The notes beneath the pieces are model-generated. The model was not told where the DNA came from, did no database searches, and was given only the letters and a program-made list of their open reading frames with translations. A stretch of DNA of 64,000 nt from a virus. Below are positions 1 to 8,496 of the stretch, piece after piece. Position 1 is the first letter of the stretch; each line of letters begins with the position of its first letter. Location of the stretch: IMG/VR virus record IMGVR_UViG_3300014913_000007, positions 1 through 64,000 of that record, one strand, 5' to 3'. The position numbers were made by a program, and so were the translations under genes.

Positions 1-22
1 AAGAGGTTATTATGATACTGTT

Positions 23-277
23 TTAACTACCCACCCCCACCTTCTCAATTAAAGACTCCTTCCATAGCTCTATTACCTGTCTAGCTTCATTTAGTTCTTC
101 TAATTGAATCCTGAATGAATCTTCTATCTCTCTAAAATCTTCTTCACAACAATAATCATTCTTGACATGATCTTCGTAACACACATTAAACTCCTCATGT
201 GCTGTTTGTAATACATTTTTAAGTAACTTATATTGTTCCTCTATTCTCCTCTGTGCTATAAATACTATACTACTCAT
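23..277 (-). CDS. hypothetical phage protein
   Basis: ORF in tightly packed minus-strand array, overlapping start/stop with upstream gene. Confidence 0.7.
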   Translation of the reverse strand: MSSIVFIAQRRIEEQYKLLKNVLQTAHEEFNVCYEDHVKNDYCCEEDFREIEDSFRIQLEELNEARQVIELWKESLIEKVGVGS

Positions 278-486
278 TTCCTCTCCTCATCAAAATCTAA
301 AACGTCTGAAATTCTTACATCTTCTGGTTCTATGAATTCAATGCCCAAAATCAGCATATTCTTGATAAACTCAAAATCATGCTCTATCATATCCTGCATC
401 TTCTCTATTGCTTCCTTCTTGGAGTCTGCGGTTACTTTCATGTAATCTGAAGCGATAGCGGTAATGTGTACATCAAATTCACTCAT
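274..486 (-). CDS. small acidic protein, DpnD/PcfM-like paralogue
   Basis: F/Y-x-V-x-I...V-x-A-(D/E)-x-x-x-x-A pattern shared with 483..686, 679..891, 5231..5422. Confidence 0.6.
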   Translation of the reverse strand: MSEFDVHITAIASDYMKVTADSKKEAIEKMQDMIEHDFEFIKNMLILGIEFIEPEDVRISDVLDFDEERK

Positions 487-686
487 TTTCTATCGTCCTC
501 CTCCTCGCTGTAAATCTCTACTTCTACGTCCTCTAATTGTAGACTACCACTATAATCTTTATCTCCTGATATATCTTCTGCTGCATCTACTGCTGACCTT
601 TCATTATCTGCATATACTGTAATAGAATCACATACATAATAACGTCTAATTACTTCTACTTCATACTTCTTCATTGGATTACTCAT
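483..686 (-). CDS. small acidic protein, DpnD/PcfM-like paralogue
   Basis: MKKYEVEV...TVYADNERSAVDAA pattern. Confidence 0.6.
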   Translation of the reverse strand: MSNPMKKYEVEVIRRYYVCDSITVYADNERSAVDAAEDISGDKDYSGSLQLEDVEVEIYSEEEDDRK

Positions 687-891
687 CTATATCTACCTCC
701 TCATCAGGTTGGGTTGCACATTTAATAGCTTCTACTGCTTCTGACATTTCATAGTTGGCGTTAGATAAGTCTGCATCTTCCTCTAGAGCTGCTTTATAAC
801 CTAACTCTAAGGCTTCCTCCTCATTGGCTGCATCTACCTCTACTACTATCCTTGCGGTATATGTATCTTCTACTACTACTTTATATCTCAT
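679..891 (-). CDS. small acidic protein, DpnD/PcfM-like paralogue
   Basis: MRYKVVVE...EVDAANEEEALE; GAGG SD upstream. Confidence 0.6.
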   Translation of the reverse strand: MRYKVVVEDTYTARIVVEVDAANEEEALELGYKAALEEDADLSNANYEMSEAVEAIKCATQPDEEVDIDE

Positions 892-900
892 ATTACCTCT

Positions 901-1083
901 CTATCCGTAAATTACTTGTTCTGCAAAAGAGATTACAGAAAACCAACAAGAAGAATCATATACTTCTTGGATTCTCTGTATAACATCTTCATCTGGTGCA
1001 TTTTCAGCTACAAACTTTTCTAGTATTTTATGTAGAAAAGCAGTATCTTTACTATTCTCTATGTCAAATAACCTGTTACTCAT
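901..1083 (-). CDS. hypothetical phage protein
   Basis: GAGGTAATTATG SD/start, promoter motif at 1118-1144. Confidence 0.75.
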   Translation of the reverse strand: MSNRLFDIENSKDTAFLHKILEKFVAENAPDEDVIQRIQEVYDSSCWFSVISFAEQVIYG

Positions 1084-1117
1084 AATTACCTCTTTATAAT
1101 AATTAGTTACATATATA

Positions 1118-1144
1118 CTATCGTCATAATCTCAGAAAACTTTA
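1118..1144 (-). promoter_or_regulatory. sigma28-type promoter
   Basis: TAAAGTTT-N11-GACGATAG. Confidence 0.8.
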
Positions 1145-1147
1145 GCT

Positions 1148-1450
1148 TTAAATGTACTGATAGTCATCTACTACATTGTCTATTTTTAATCCAGTACCTC
1201 CGAAATCTTCTTCTCCCAATGGAACTACCTTTAACTCTTTATTATCTTCAGTAACGAATATAAAATCATTTATACTGTTATCTGGTTCAAGTATGTAGAG
1301 TATAAAAAACTCAATCAATTCTCTATTATTCCTATTAGTCCAGCCAGTACATCCTTCTCTAAATACTTCAAATAATGAAAAGCGGTCTGTCACCTCAACA
1401 TCTCTTTCAGTTAGCAACTCTACAACTTTTTCTCTAGTATATTTTTTCAT
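1148..1450 (-). CDS. hypothetical phage protein
   Basis: ORF in array, GGAG SD. Confidence 0.7.
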   Translation of the reverse strand: MKKYTREKVVELLTERDVEVTDRFSLFEVFREGCTGWTNRNNRELIEFFILYILEPDNSINDFIFVTEDNKELKVVPLGEEDFGGTGLKIDNVVDDYQYI

Positions 1451-1452
1451 AA

Positions 1453-1971
1453 TTATTTAATCTCCACTAATTTATTTGTTTTAACACTATAAACTGGATA
1501 TGGTGCTTTTCCTCCCTTAAACCATTCATTACCAAAGCAGAAAGTTTTATATCCATCCTCAACAATACTCCTTAAATGACCTGCTCCTGGCACACAGGGA
1601 GAGCATAATCCTGCATGGGTATAGTATGGAGACTCTGTTATAAAAATATCGCCGTACTCGTCCAATGCTGCGGTATATTCATGATCATCTAAGATGTTAG
1701 ATGGATTATCTGTATAACCTAATTCATGTCCATCATTAAATGATTCTGCACACTCAGAGCAAGTATATTCATTATCTGATTCTTCTGATTCTGCTAATAG
1801 TTCACCACCACATTCAGGGCAAAACGCCTCACCATACTCAGGAGTGAATTCGTTCAATGCCCATTCAATTAAATCAATATAGGGTATAACTCCATATCTA
1901 ATACCAGTCTGTATATCGATATTGGTCTTACCATGTCCATAATCAATTCCAATTCCAATTACCTGTCCCAT
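1453..1971 (-). CDS. hypothetical protein with Zn-ribbon
   Basis: CPECG...CSEC and CSPC motifs; GAGG SD. Confidence 0.75.
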   Translation of the reverse strand: MGQVIGIGIDYGHGKTNIDIQTGIRYGVIPYIDLIEWALNEFTPEYGEAFCPECGGELLAESEESDNEYTCSECAESFNDGHELGYTDNPSNILDDHEYTAALDEYGDIFITESPYYTHAGLCSPCVPGAGHLRSIVEDGYKTFCFGNEWFKGGKAPYPVYSVKTNKLVEIK

Positions 1972-1979
1972 AATTACCT

Positions 1980-2414
1980 CTAATTTTCAAGTACAATTAA
2001 AGTATCCTTCTCTGCAACATCTGAATCTACCTGCGCTACTGAGATTGTACCTGTACTAAATGCTATTTGTGTATGTTTAACATATCCAGTAAACCTGAAT
2101 ACTCCATCCTGTACCTGAAGCAGTACGCAATCTAAGTTAGGTGAATCATCTTCTGCTCTTAATTCTTCATACTCTTTAGTAACTCCTTCTTCTGTTACTT
2201 CAGTTAAATTTCCACTAACATAATCTGAGACTGCATAATCAAAAGCAGTTATTTCAAACAATCCAGAAATATCGGATTCCATTTTCATTTCTGATAGTTT
2301 ATCTGACATATACTTAATTCTATCAAGTAAATGCTTATCTATTTCCAGTTTATAGCAAATCTCTAAATCATTATATTCATCTTCTATAAATAAATTTCCA
2401 AATACTGTTACCAT
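1980..2414 (-). CDS. acidic hypothetical protein, paralogue of 7327..7731
   Basis: shared GNL.IED, LDCVLL, FRFTGY.KHT, QVD motifs. Confidence 0.8.
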   Translation of the reverse strand: MVTVFGNLFIEDEYNDLEICYKLEIDKHLLDRIKYMSDKLSEMKMESDISGLFEITAFDYAVSDYVSGNLTEVTEEGVTKEYEELRAEDDSPNLDCVLLQVQDGVFRFTGYVKHTQIAFSTGTISVAQVDSDVAEKDTLIVLEN

Positions 2415-2456
2415 AATTACCTCTTAAAATAATTAAATGTTTTTCTTACATTAATA

Positions 2457-2483
2457 GTATCGTCATTATCTGGGAAAACTTTA
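2457..2483 (-). promoter_or_regulatory. sigma28-type promoter
   Basis: TAAAGTTT-N11-GACGATAC. Confidence 0.8.
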
Positions 2484-2546
2484 GAAGTAATCCGATTATT
2501 TATTGGCATGGTTCTTGCTAGATCTAGACCCCCGGCCACAAAAAAA
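2479..2546. repeat. ~68-bp intergenic direct repeat, copy 1 (copy 2 at 4140-4206)
   Basis: CTTTAGAAGTAATCCGATTATTTATTGGCATGGTTCTTGCTAGATCTAGACCCCCGGCCACAAAAAA present at both loci. Confidence 0.95.
2503..2527 (+). promoter_or_regulatory. sigma54 -24/-12 box with TAGATC tail
   Basis: TTGGCATGGTTCTTGCTAGATCTAG, GG-N10-GC spacing. Confidence 0.75.
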
Positions 2547-2575
2547 GCCCCATAGAACAATCATTCTACAGGGCT
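2540..2575 (-). terminator. intrinsic terminator
   Basis: AGCCCTGTAGAA/TTCTATGGGGCT hairpin followed by U-tract on minus strand. Confidence 0.8.
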
Positions 2576-2589
2576 AAAGAGGTAGTTAA

Positions 2590-3201
2590 TTATCTATTCA
2601 AAAATACCTTTCCATATTCTAGGTAAACATTCTCCTGTGCTTCTATATCTTCTCTTAAACACTCCTCACTCATAGCATAGTCCCACGCCTTCTCTAAGTC
2701 ACTATATAACTCAAGTGATAAGTTAGACCTGAATTCCTCTAATTCGTTCTCCAATTCCTTCAGTAACTTAAAAAGTCTAGGTGTATACCTCCTCCAGATA
2801 TTTGATTCTAAGGACAAGTCCCTAGTATTCTCATGTGAATAATGATTACCAAAATGATTAGTTAGTATGCTTGCTTCCATGCCTTCTGCTTCGATAAGTC
2901 TAATTAAGTGTCTATACTTCCCTTCTGGTAAGTTAGCGTGTTTAATGAATTCTTTCAGCTCTACGTTGGCATTAAAACTAGCTCCATCCCCTTGACTCCA
3001 AAATCCTGAGAATTGAATCTTAACATCATCCATGCCCATGCTCTCTAACTTCTCTTTCCAGTCATCTAGGGTACATTCAAAAATCCACTCACTGTCGTAC
3101 TGGCCTTTGGCTTCTCTTGCCTTTTCCAGTACCTTCTCCTGTGCTTCCTCTGTTAATTCCTCAAACTTATATGTTTCATATTTAATTGTTACTGTTTCCA
3201 T
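2590..3201 (-). CDS. acidic hypothetical phage protein
   Basis: 203-aa ORF, FSGFWSQGDGASF motif, GAGG SD, own promoter. Confidence 0.8.
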   Translation of the reverse strand: METVTIKYETYKFEELTEEAQEKVLEKAREAKGQYDSEWIFECTLDDWKEKLESMGMDDVKIQFSGFWSQGDGASFNANVELKEFIKHANLPEGKYRHLIRLIEAEGMEASILTNHFGNHYSHENTRDLSLESNIWRRYTPRLFKLLKELENELEEFRSNLSLELYSDLEKAWDYAMSEECLREDIEAQENVYLEYGKVFLNR

Positions 3202-3238
3202 AATTACCTCTTATAATTAAACAATCCTCTTATATAGT

Positions 3239-3265
3239 ATATCGTCAGATTCCCAGAAAACTTTA
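3239..3265 (-). promoter_or_regulatory. sigma28-type promoter
   Basis: TAAAGTTT-N11-GACGATAT. Confidence 0.8.
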
Positions 3266-3266
3266 A

Positions 3267-3803
3267 CTATTTCTTAGTAAGCTCCTCAATAGCTTCCTCT
3301 AATTCTTTCTTTGTTACCTCAATGTTTCCATGTACGATAGGTTTTTCAATTAAACATCCTTTTATATAATTCTGTAAAGCTCTAGCGTCTGATTGCATAT
3401 CATTCCACATATTCAGAATTTCCTTATCCTCCTGTGCTTCATGTACTTCACCATATATTAAATATACTACATCCTTACACTGTTCTGATTCTTTAGAAGT
3501 AGTTAATTCCTTTAGTAGTAGCTCCTCATCATCCACCTCTGAAAAATAGTCATATAGTATGTAATCTTTAACAATCTCCTCTACAGAAGGAATATTAGCC
3601 TCACTAAACTTATCTACAAAAGCTGTAGCCTTCTCTTTAGTGTTAAAGTCTGCTATACATGAAGCTAACCCTTCACTTGTTCTAAGGTACACACTGAACA
3701 TATCCGCATCTTTTTCATCACATACTGCCATACTTTCACAAGTATCGTGGTGTACTGCTTCTACTTCTATCTGTACTGTTATCTGTTTGGTATATAAACT
3801 CAT
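3267..3803 (-). CDS. hypothetical phage protein
   Basis: 178-aa ORF coupled to upstream gene. Confidence 0.75.
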   Translation of the reverse strand: MSLYTKQITVQIEVEAVHHDTCESMAVCDEKDADMFSVYLRTSEGLASCIADFNTKEKATAFVDKFSEANIPSVEEIVKDYILYDYFSEVDDEELLLKELTTSKESEQCKDVVYLIYGEVHEAQEDKEILNMWNDMQSDARALQNYIKGCLIEKPIVHGNIEVTKKELEEAIEELTKK

Positions 3804-4084
3804 AAAATATCCTCTGTTACAGTAGTCAGGTACTTATTAATAACATAGTATTCTTCTTTTTTTATTTCATCCATTGTAATTGCTTTTGCTATGATACAGC
3901 CACAATCAAACTCTGCCATGTTCTTTTCTTTGGCATCCCACCATTCTCCTTCACCTCTCCAATTCAATACTATAGCTTCTAGTACCTTATCAGCTAAATC
4001 CTTTGTTTCTTCTCTCATTAGAAAACTTGTGGTAAAGGAATACTCACCAGATGTTTCTTCAATTTTACAAAAATAATGTTTCAT
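3800..4084 (-). CDS. hypothetical phage protein
   Basis: GAGG SD and promoter upstream. Confidence 0.75.
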   Translation of the reverse strand: MKHYFCKIEETSGEYSFTTSFLMREETKDLADKVLEAIVLNWRGEGEWWDAKEKNMAEFDCGCIIAKAITMDEIKKEEYYVINKYLTTVTEDIL

Positions 4085-4117
4085 AGTACCTCTTTAATAA
4101 ATTAACTCTCACATATA

Positions 4118-4144
4118 CTATCGTCAGATCCCAGAAATACTTTA
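4118..4144 (-). promoter_or_regulatory. sigma28-type promoter
   Basis: TAAAGTAT-N11-GACGATAG. Confidence 0.75.
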
Positions 4145-4206
4145 GAAGTAATCCGATTATTTATTGGCATGGTTCTTGCTAGATCTAGACCCCCGGCCAC
4201 AAAAAA
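4140..4206. repeat. ~68-bp intergenic direct repeat, copy 2
   Basis: matches 2479-2546. Confidence 0.95.
4164..4188 (+). promoter_or_regulatory. sigma54 -24/-12 box with TAGATC tail
   Basis: TTGGCATGGTTCTTGCTAGATCTAG. Confidence 0.75.
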
Positions 4207-4230
4207 GACTGCACCATTTCTGGCACAGTC
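4201..4230 (-). terminator. intrinsic terminator
   Basis: GACTGTGCCA/TGGTGCAGTC hairpin plus U6 on minus strand. Confidence 0.8.
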
Positions 4231-4242
4231 TCCAAGAGGTTA

Positions 4243-4494
4243 TTATGATTGATCTGTTTTCTTTAATTTCAAAAATTCTTTCTTAAAACTGTCCATATCT
4301 GAGTCATTTACCCCATAACTAATTAAAGCAAAATCATCATCTATATACTCATAAACTAACTTTTCTACTTCATCTAAGTTATCACATTCAAGTAAATCGC
4401 TTACAGGTATCTTAGTTACTTGCTGTCCATTTCCTACAAATCCGTCCTCTATCGTCCAAAATATGGCTAAACCATAACCTTTTTCATTACTCAT
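4243..4494 (-). CDS. hypothetical phage protein
   Basis: ORF in array. Confidence 0.7.
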   Translation of the reverse strand: MSNEKGYGLAIFWTIEDGFVGNGQQVTKIPVSDLLECDNLDEVEKLVYEYIDDDFALISYGVNDSDMDSFKKEFLKLKKTDQS

Positions 4495-4503
4495 AAACTG
4501 TCC

Positions 4504-4932
4504 TTACCAGTATAAACCATTTACCTTAACTTGCTCATAAACATCCCTCTGAAGTTCTGAATAGCCCTCATCGGTATCTAACTCATAATCACTTAGTTCT
4601 ATACCTAAGTCATCTAAATCAAGGGCATCAATTCTTAGAATATCATGTTTATCTACTTTAATTTCCTCAGCATAAAGAGACATACACTCCCCAACCTCAT
4701 TCATAATAATATCGTCTATTTCTTCACGCCTCTCTTCTAATACTGAGTCCCAATCTTTATATTGTTGATCAAAAGTTATCCAGTCCAGTTCACAACTGGC
4801 TCTAATATCACACAGGTGTACTTTCCTGTTAACATCAACCAGAAAACTAGTTACTATCTTATCTAGTTCTGGCATATCTGTCATATTCCAATATCTCTCA
4901 TGCATATGTATTAACTTAAATTCCGGTTTCAT
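4504..4932 (-). CDS. acidic hypothetical phage protein
   Basis: GAGG SD, promoter upstream. Confidence 0.75.
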   Translation of the reverse strand: MKPEFKLIHMHERYWNMTDMPELDKIVTSFLVDVNRKVHLCDIRASCELDWITFDQQYKDWDSVLEERREEIDDIIMNEVGECMSLYAEEIKVDKHDILRIDALDLDDLGIELSDYELDTDEGYSELQRDVYEQVKVNGLYW

Positions 4933-4965
4933 AACTACCTCTAATTAATTTAGCCTCTATATTAT

Positions 4966-4992
4966 ATATCGTCGATATCTCAGAAAACTTTA
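4966..4992 (-). promoter_or_regulatory. sigma28-type promoter
   Basis: TAAAGTTT-N11-GACGATAT. Confidence 0.8.
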
Positions 4993-5228
4993 GCATCAAA
5001 TAATAAAAATTGCATCATTTCATCAGTTGTAGAACAATCCGTACAAGTTACCTCTGCACTGGGCGCACTGGCTCTAGTTACCTCCACCAAGTCCAGTATG
5101 ATGCCTTCACAGGTAAGGGTAACATCTAAATCAGACTCCTCTGTAATACCGTCTACAGGCTCCACCTCGTACCTAATTTTAACGTCATTCTGAAACTCTA
5201 CTTCTTTTCCATCTATAAATACTTTCAT
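4980..5228 (-). CDS. hypothetical phage protein
   Basis: GAGG SD. Confidence 0.7.
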   Translation of the reverse strand: MKVFIDGKEVEFQNDVKIRYEVEPVDGITEESDLDVTLTCEGIILDLVEVTRASAPSAEVTCTDCSTTDEMMQFLLFDAKVF

Positions 5229-5230
5229 AA

Positions 5231-5422
5231 TTACCTCTTGATTAGTTTATTAACCTTTGCAAACTTCTCAGGAAATCCTGGGAGACTATGCTTCAAAAAT
5301 TTATTCTCTTTTATGATACCTATTGCTTCCTTTAGTGCTTCTTTTTCAGTATTTGCTTTAACATTAGGAATCATTATATTATTGTGAGATCCTTGAGAAA
5401 TCATTACATTATATTTATTCAT
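5231..5422 (-). CDS. small protein, DpnD/PcfM-like paralogue
   Basis: MNKYNVMI...NVKANTEKEALKEA. Confidence 0.6.
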   Translation of the reverse strand: MNKYNVMISQGSHNNIMIPNVKANTEKEALKEAIGIIKENKFLKHSLPGFPEKFAKVNKLIKR

Positions 5423-5466
5423 AACTACCTCTTAAATAAATCAATTCGTTTATTATTATGTATATA

Positions 5467-5493
5467 TTATCGTCAATATATTAGAAAACTTTA
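5467..5493 (-). promoter_or_regulatory. sigma28-type promoter
   Basis: TAAAGTTT-N11-GACGATAA. Confidence 0.8.
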
Positions 5494-5501
5494 ATTATAA
5501 A

Positions 5502-5540
5502 TAATCTAATTCGTTTATTTAATATAATCTAATTGGATTA
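5502..5540. promoter_or_regulatory. tandem 16-bp palindromic operator-like sites
   Basis: TAATCTAATTCGTTTA (5502-5517) and TAATCTAATTGGATTA (5525-5540); further copies at 7261 and 10631-10853. Confidence 0.55.
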
Positions 5541-5563
5541 TAGATCTAGCAATAAACGTGCCA
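5541..5563 (-). promoter_or_regulatory. sigma54 -24/-12 box with TAGATC tail
   Basis: TGGCACGTTTATTGCTAGATCTA on minus strand. Confidence 0.75.
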
Positions 5564-5643
5564 TAAATAAAGTAATTGTATTATGATTGAAAAATAAATA
5601 ATGAAATAATTATTATAAACAATAAGCATACAAAAAACATAAC

Positions 5644-5832
5644 TTACTCCTTACTTTTAGCTATTACTCTAGCTATGCTCTCTACTATAAAAATAAATCC
5701 CATAGTTACAAAGGTACAAGCAATAGAATCACTACTCAACAAAGAACCAATACATACTAGTAACTGTCCTAATCTAAGCAGTCTATTTTCTATTGATACA
5801 CCTCTTACATACTCTACTAACTTCCTTAACAT
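5644..5832 (-). CDS. small membrane protein
   Basis: two hydrophobic segments; GGAG SD. Confidence 0.6.
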   Translation of the reverse strand: MLRKLVEYVRGVSIENRLLRLGQLLVCIGSLLSSDSIACTFVTMGFIFIVESIARVIAKSKE

Positions 5833-5836
5833 TAAA

Positions 5837-6079
5837 TTACTCCTTAACTAGTTTCTTCAAGACAGGAGGGATACAACCTAAAGTCTCCCAACATCTTTCT
5901 ATAAAGTTATCTCCTGCATCATTATAATCCAAGTAAGCATCAGGTACATTAATTTTATCTAGTACAGCTTCAGGATCTAATTCTTTAGGTATCTGTGTGA
6001 ATTGTTGATACCAGCCGTCCGAATCTGACTTCCTTATCTCACTAGTAATGAATTGTTTTCTTAACTCTTTAATATCCAT
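5837..6079 (-). CDS. hypothetical phage protein
   Basis: GAGGGG SD. Confidence 0.7.
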   Translation of the reverse strand: MDIKELRKQFITSEIRKSDSDGWYQQFTQIPKELDPEAVLDKINVPDAYLDYNDAGDNFIERCWETLGCIPPVLKKLVKE

Positions 6080-6232
6080 AAGTTACCCCTCTTTTCTACC
6101 TAATTCATCAAGTTGTTTTTCCATATGTTCTAAATTTTTTATAACGGTATTAAAACCAAACCACCACAGGGCAGCAATTAAACCTCCAATAATAAAAACG
6201 GTTGCCGTAAGGAAAATCACTGGTTCCATAAT

Positions 6233-6538
6233 TTAGCCCTTCAGACTCTTTATAAAATGAACACAGCACTCGTCCTCACTTACCTCTAAATCCTTCCTGA
6301 AGCCTCCCTGACCGCAAGCATCACATTCATAATAGATATGAAGCTTCATATCATCATCTACCAGACATACTTGAAAATCATCATTAACTAGGTAGACACT
6401 ACCTGACAGTTGATTAAAGTGGGGGCGTACTCCTTCGCTAGAGAATCCATCTGGTAAACCATTCTCTTTCATAGCTGTTAGGATGCTTATTAACTCCTCT
6501 AACTCTGTGTATCTATAATCCTCTAAGTTACTTGTCAT
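6233..6538 (-). CDS. hypothetical protein with CxxC motif
   Basis: GAGG SD, promoter upstream. Confidence 0.75.
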   Translation of the reverse strand: MTSNLEDYRYTELEELISILTAMKENGLPDGFSSEGVRPHFNQLSGSVYLVNDDFQVCLVDDDMKLHIYYECDACGQGGFRKDLEVSEDECCVHFIKSLKG

Positions 6539-6599
6539 AATTACCTCTAAAATAATTAATTGATTAATTGATTAATTGATTAATTCTCATATATACATA

Positions 6600-6626
6600 A
6601 TATCGACAGAATCTTGGAAAACTTTA
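6600..6626 (-). promoter_or_regulatory. sigma28-type promoter
   Basis: TAAAGTTT-N11-GTCGATAT. Confidence 0.8.
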
Positions 6627-6646
6627 GGTATTTTTATTTTTTTTCT

Positions 6647-6671
6647 CTAGATCTAGCAAATACCATGCCAA
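6647..6671 (-). promoter_or_regulatory. sigma54 -24/-12 box with TAGATC tail
   Basis: TTGGCATGGTATTTGCTAGATCTAG on minus strand. Confidence 0.75.
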
Positions 6672-6703
6672 AAACCCACTAGAGAAACTTTCCTCTAGCG
6701 GGT
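6670..6703 (-). terminator. intrinsic terminator
   Basis: ACCCGCTAGAGG/TCTCTAGTGGGT hairpin; U-tract runs straight into the sigma54 box. Confidence 0.8.
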
Positions 6704-6709
6704 AAAACA

Positions 6710-7126
6710 TTAATTAGAACGATAAATTACAAATCCGTCTAGTTCCTCGCATCCTCCATCATAAGAGTTAAGGAAGTGTCCAAGTCCATCGGCTGCTATA
6801 GCATCCTCTACAAGCTCCTCGAAGCTATCCCCTACCATTGACATAATAGCGTCATTAGCCCTCTCACATTGAGGCTGTAAGGCTTCTATAACCTCCTCCC
6901 CGACTCCATCAGGAAGGTAATCAACAATAAAATAAGCATTGAAAGCCCACAAGCTCTCTTTAATGTAAGCTGTAGCCTGTTCCTCTGCTTCCTCATCAGT
7001 AAGTACTGTATACTCTCCATTGTCTGTATCAAATACATTAACTGCATCGGATTCTGTTATATCAAAGGTTTCCAGATCCTCGCCCTCATCCTTGAAGAAT
7101 TTTTTAAGTATTTCTAAATTAGTCAT
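6710..7126 (-). CDS. highly acidic hypothetical protein
   Basis: D/E-rich, GHFLNSYDG motif; GAGG SD. Confidence 0.8.
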   Translation of the reverse strand: MTNLEILKKFFKDEGEDLETFDITESDAVNVFDTDNGEYTVLTDEEAEEQATAYIKESLWAFNAYFIVDYLPDGVGEEVIEALQPQCERANDAIMSMVGDSFEELVEDAIAADGLGHFLNSYDGGCEELDGFVIYRSN

Positions 7127-7291
7127 ACTAACCTCTCAAATGCTTTAAATAAATTGATGAATAACTCATCTATTGCGTCTAGCAATGCTAAAAACATATT
7201 ATCTACTGCACTTGTATTTATATTTATATTAACTTCTCTCATTTTAATTTACCTCTCAAATAATCTAATTCGTTTATTTCTTATATTAATA

Positions 7292-7318
7292 ATATCGCCA
7301 GATTCTCAAAATACTTTA
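7292..7318 (-). promoter_or_regulatory. sigma28-type promoter
   Basis: TAAAGTAT-N11-GGCGATAT. Confidence 0.7.
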
Positions 7319-7326
7319 GCTTTATT

Positions 7327-7731
7327 TTACATTTCTATGTTTGTAACTATACCTTCTTCTGCTACTTCTGGATCAACTTGACATACAGACAAGAACCCTG
7401 TAGAGAAATGAACATTAGTATGTTTTAAATATCCGGTAAATCTAAACTTACCATCAGAACCATGTAATAAAACACAGTCTAGGCGTTGGCCAGAGTCCTT
7501 ATCAGCTTTAATTTCCTCAAAGTCCTCCAGTGCGGTATCTTCTTCGTAAAGTCCTCCCTTATAACCTGTTAAGTCATATCTGAAGTCTGTAAGCTCATAT
7601 ACATCTAACTCTCTAGCTTTATCTGAAAAGAACTTAATCTTATCTAATAATTCAGCATCTACCTCTAATTCATAACAAAAGGTATCTGTAAAATCACTGT
7701 CCTCTATATGTAAGTTACCAATAATTTTCAT
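7327..7731 (-). CDS. acidic hypothetical protein, paralogue of 1980..2414
   Basis: shared motifs as above. Confidence 0.8.
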   Translation of the reverse strand: MKIIGNLHIEDSDFTDTFCYELEVDAELLDKIKFFSDKARELDVYELTDFRYDLTGYKGGLYEEDTALEDFEEIKADKDSGQRLDCVLLHGSDGKFRFTGYLKHTNVHFSTGFLSVCQVDPEVAEEGIVTNIEM

Positions 7732-7732
7732 A

Positions 7733-7945
7733 TTAACTCCTATCCTGGAAATCTTCTAAACCTTCTTCTAGAGTACTGAAATAATGCCCCCAGAAGTAAG
7801 AATCCTTATTACTATCATATACATGAGTAACATAAGGCTCACATCTGCCAGGGAAATGTCTTAATGTTACCTGACAGGATTGATCAACCTCATTCCATCT
7901 ATAGGGTTTACTAGCTACTACTTTATTTCCTTCTTTATCTTTCAT
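7733..7945 (-). CDS. hypothetical phage protein
   Basis: YFWGHYF motif; SD. Confidence 0.75.
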   Translation of the reverse strand: MKDKEGNKVVASKPYRWNEVDQSCQVTLRHFPGRCEPYVTHVYDSNKDSYFWGHYFSTLEEGLEDFQDRS

Positions 7946-7946
7946 A

Positions 7947-8174
7947 TTAATCCTCTTTAATACTTAAAATTTCCTGTAACTCTCTCAATATCCCATACCT
8001 TTCAGATACACTACTAGCAAAATTAGAACTGAATGGATTACCATGAAACTGATTTTTTCTAGCTCTCTTAATAGTCATTTCTAGGGTATCTATAATAGCT
8101 TTACATTCATACACATATTGCTTCAATTCCTGTTTATAACTCATTTCTACATATTCTTTAATTCTATTAGCCAT
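7947..8174 (-). CDS. hypothetical phage protein
   Basis: first gene of leftward array; weaker promoter TCAAGTAA-N11-GCCGATAT at 8205-8231. Confidence 0.7.
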   Translation of the reverse strand: MANRIKEYVEMSYKQELKQYVYECKAIIDTLEMTIKRARKNQFHGNPFSSNFASSVSERYGILRELQEILSIKED

Positions 8175-8249
8175 AATTCCACTTTAAATTTGGTTACACC
8201 TATAATATCGGCTGTATTCCATATTACTTGAGAACTAATCTAATTATTT

Positions 8250-8273
8250 TTGGCATGAAACTTGCTAGATCTA
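8250..8273 (+). promoter_or_regulatory. sigma54 -24/-12 box with TAGATC tail
   Basis: TTGGCATGAAACTTGCTAGATCTA. Confidence 0.75.
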
Positions 8274-8289
8274 AGTTTTGGGCTTATCT

Positions 8290-8313
8290 TAGATCTAGCA
8301 ATAAGTGTGCCAA
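8290..8313 (-). promoter_or_regulatory. sigma54 -24/-12 box with TAGATC tail (faces previous box)
   Basis: TTGGCACACTTATTGCTAGATCTA on minus strand. Confidence 0.75.
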
Positions 8314-8331
8314 AGTTATTTAAAATAAGCC

Positions 8332-8358
8332 TTAAGTTTTCAAATAAGATGCCGATAC
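8332..8358 (+). promoter_or_regulatory. sigma28-type promoter
   Basis: TTAAGTTT-N11-GCCGATAC. Confidence 0.7.
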
Positions 8359-8496
8359 TGTAATCAGGATACTAATTTTTATTAACGATAGGAATTTATG
8401 GATATTCCATATAATACAATTTTACCACCATAACCAACAACTTACAAGATAATCTACTGATATGAATACACTCTTTCTGTGTAAGAGCATGTCCTT

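Noticed and set aside
6556-6585. (TTGATTAA)3 tract; also (TAAT)n at about 15546 and (AAAT)n at about 40912
   Set aside because: Short AT-rich slippage repeats outside promoter spacers with no evident consequence.
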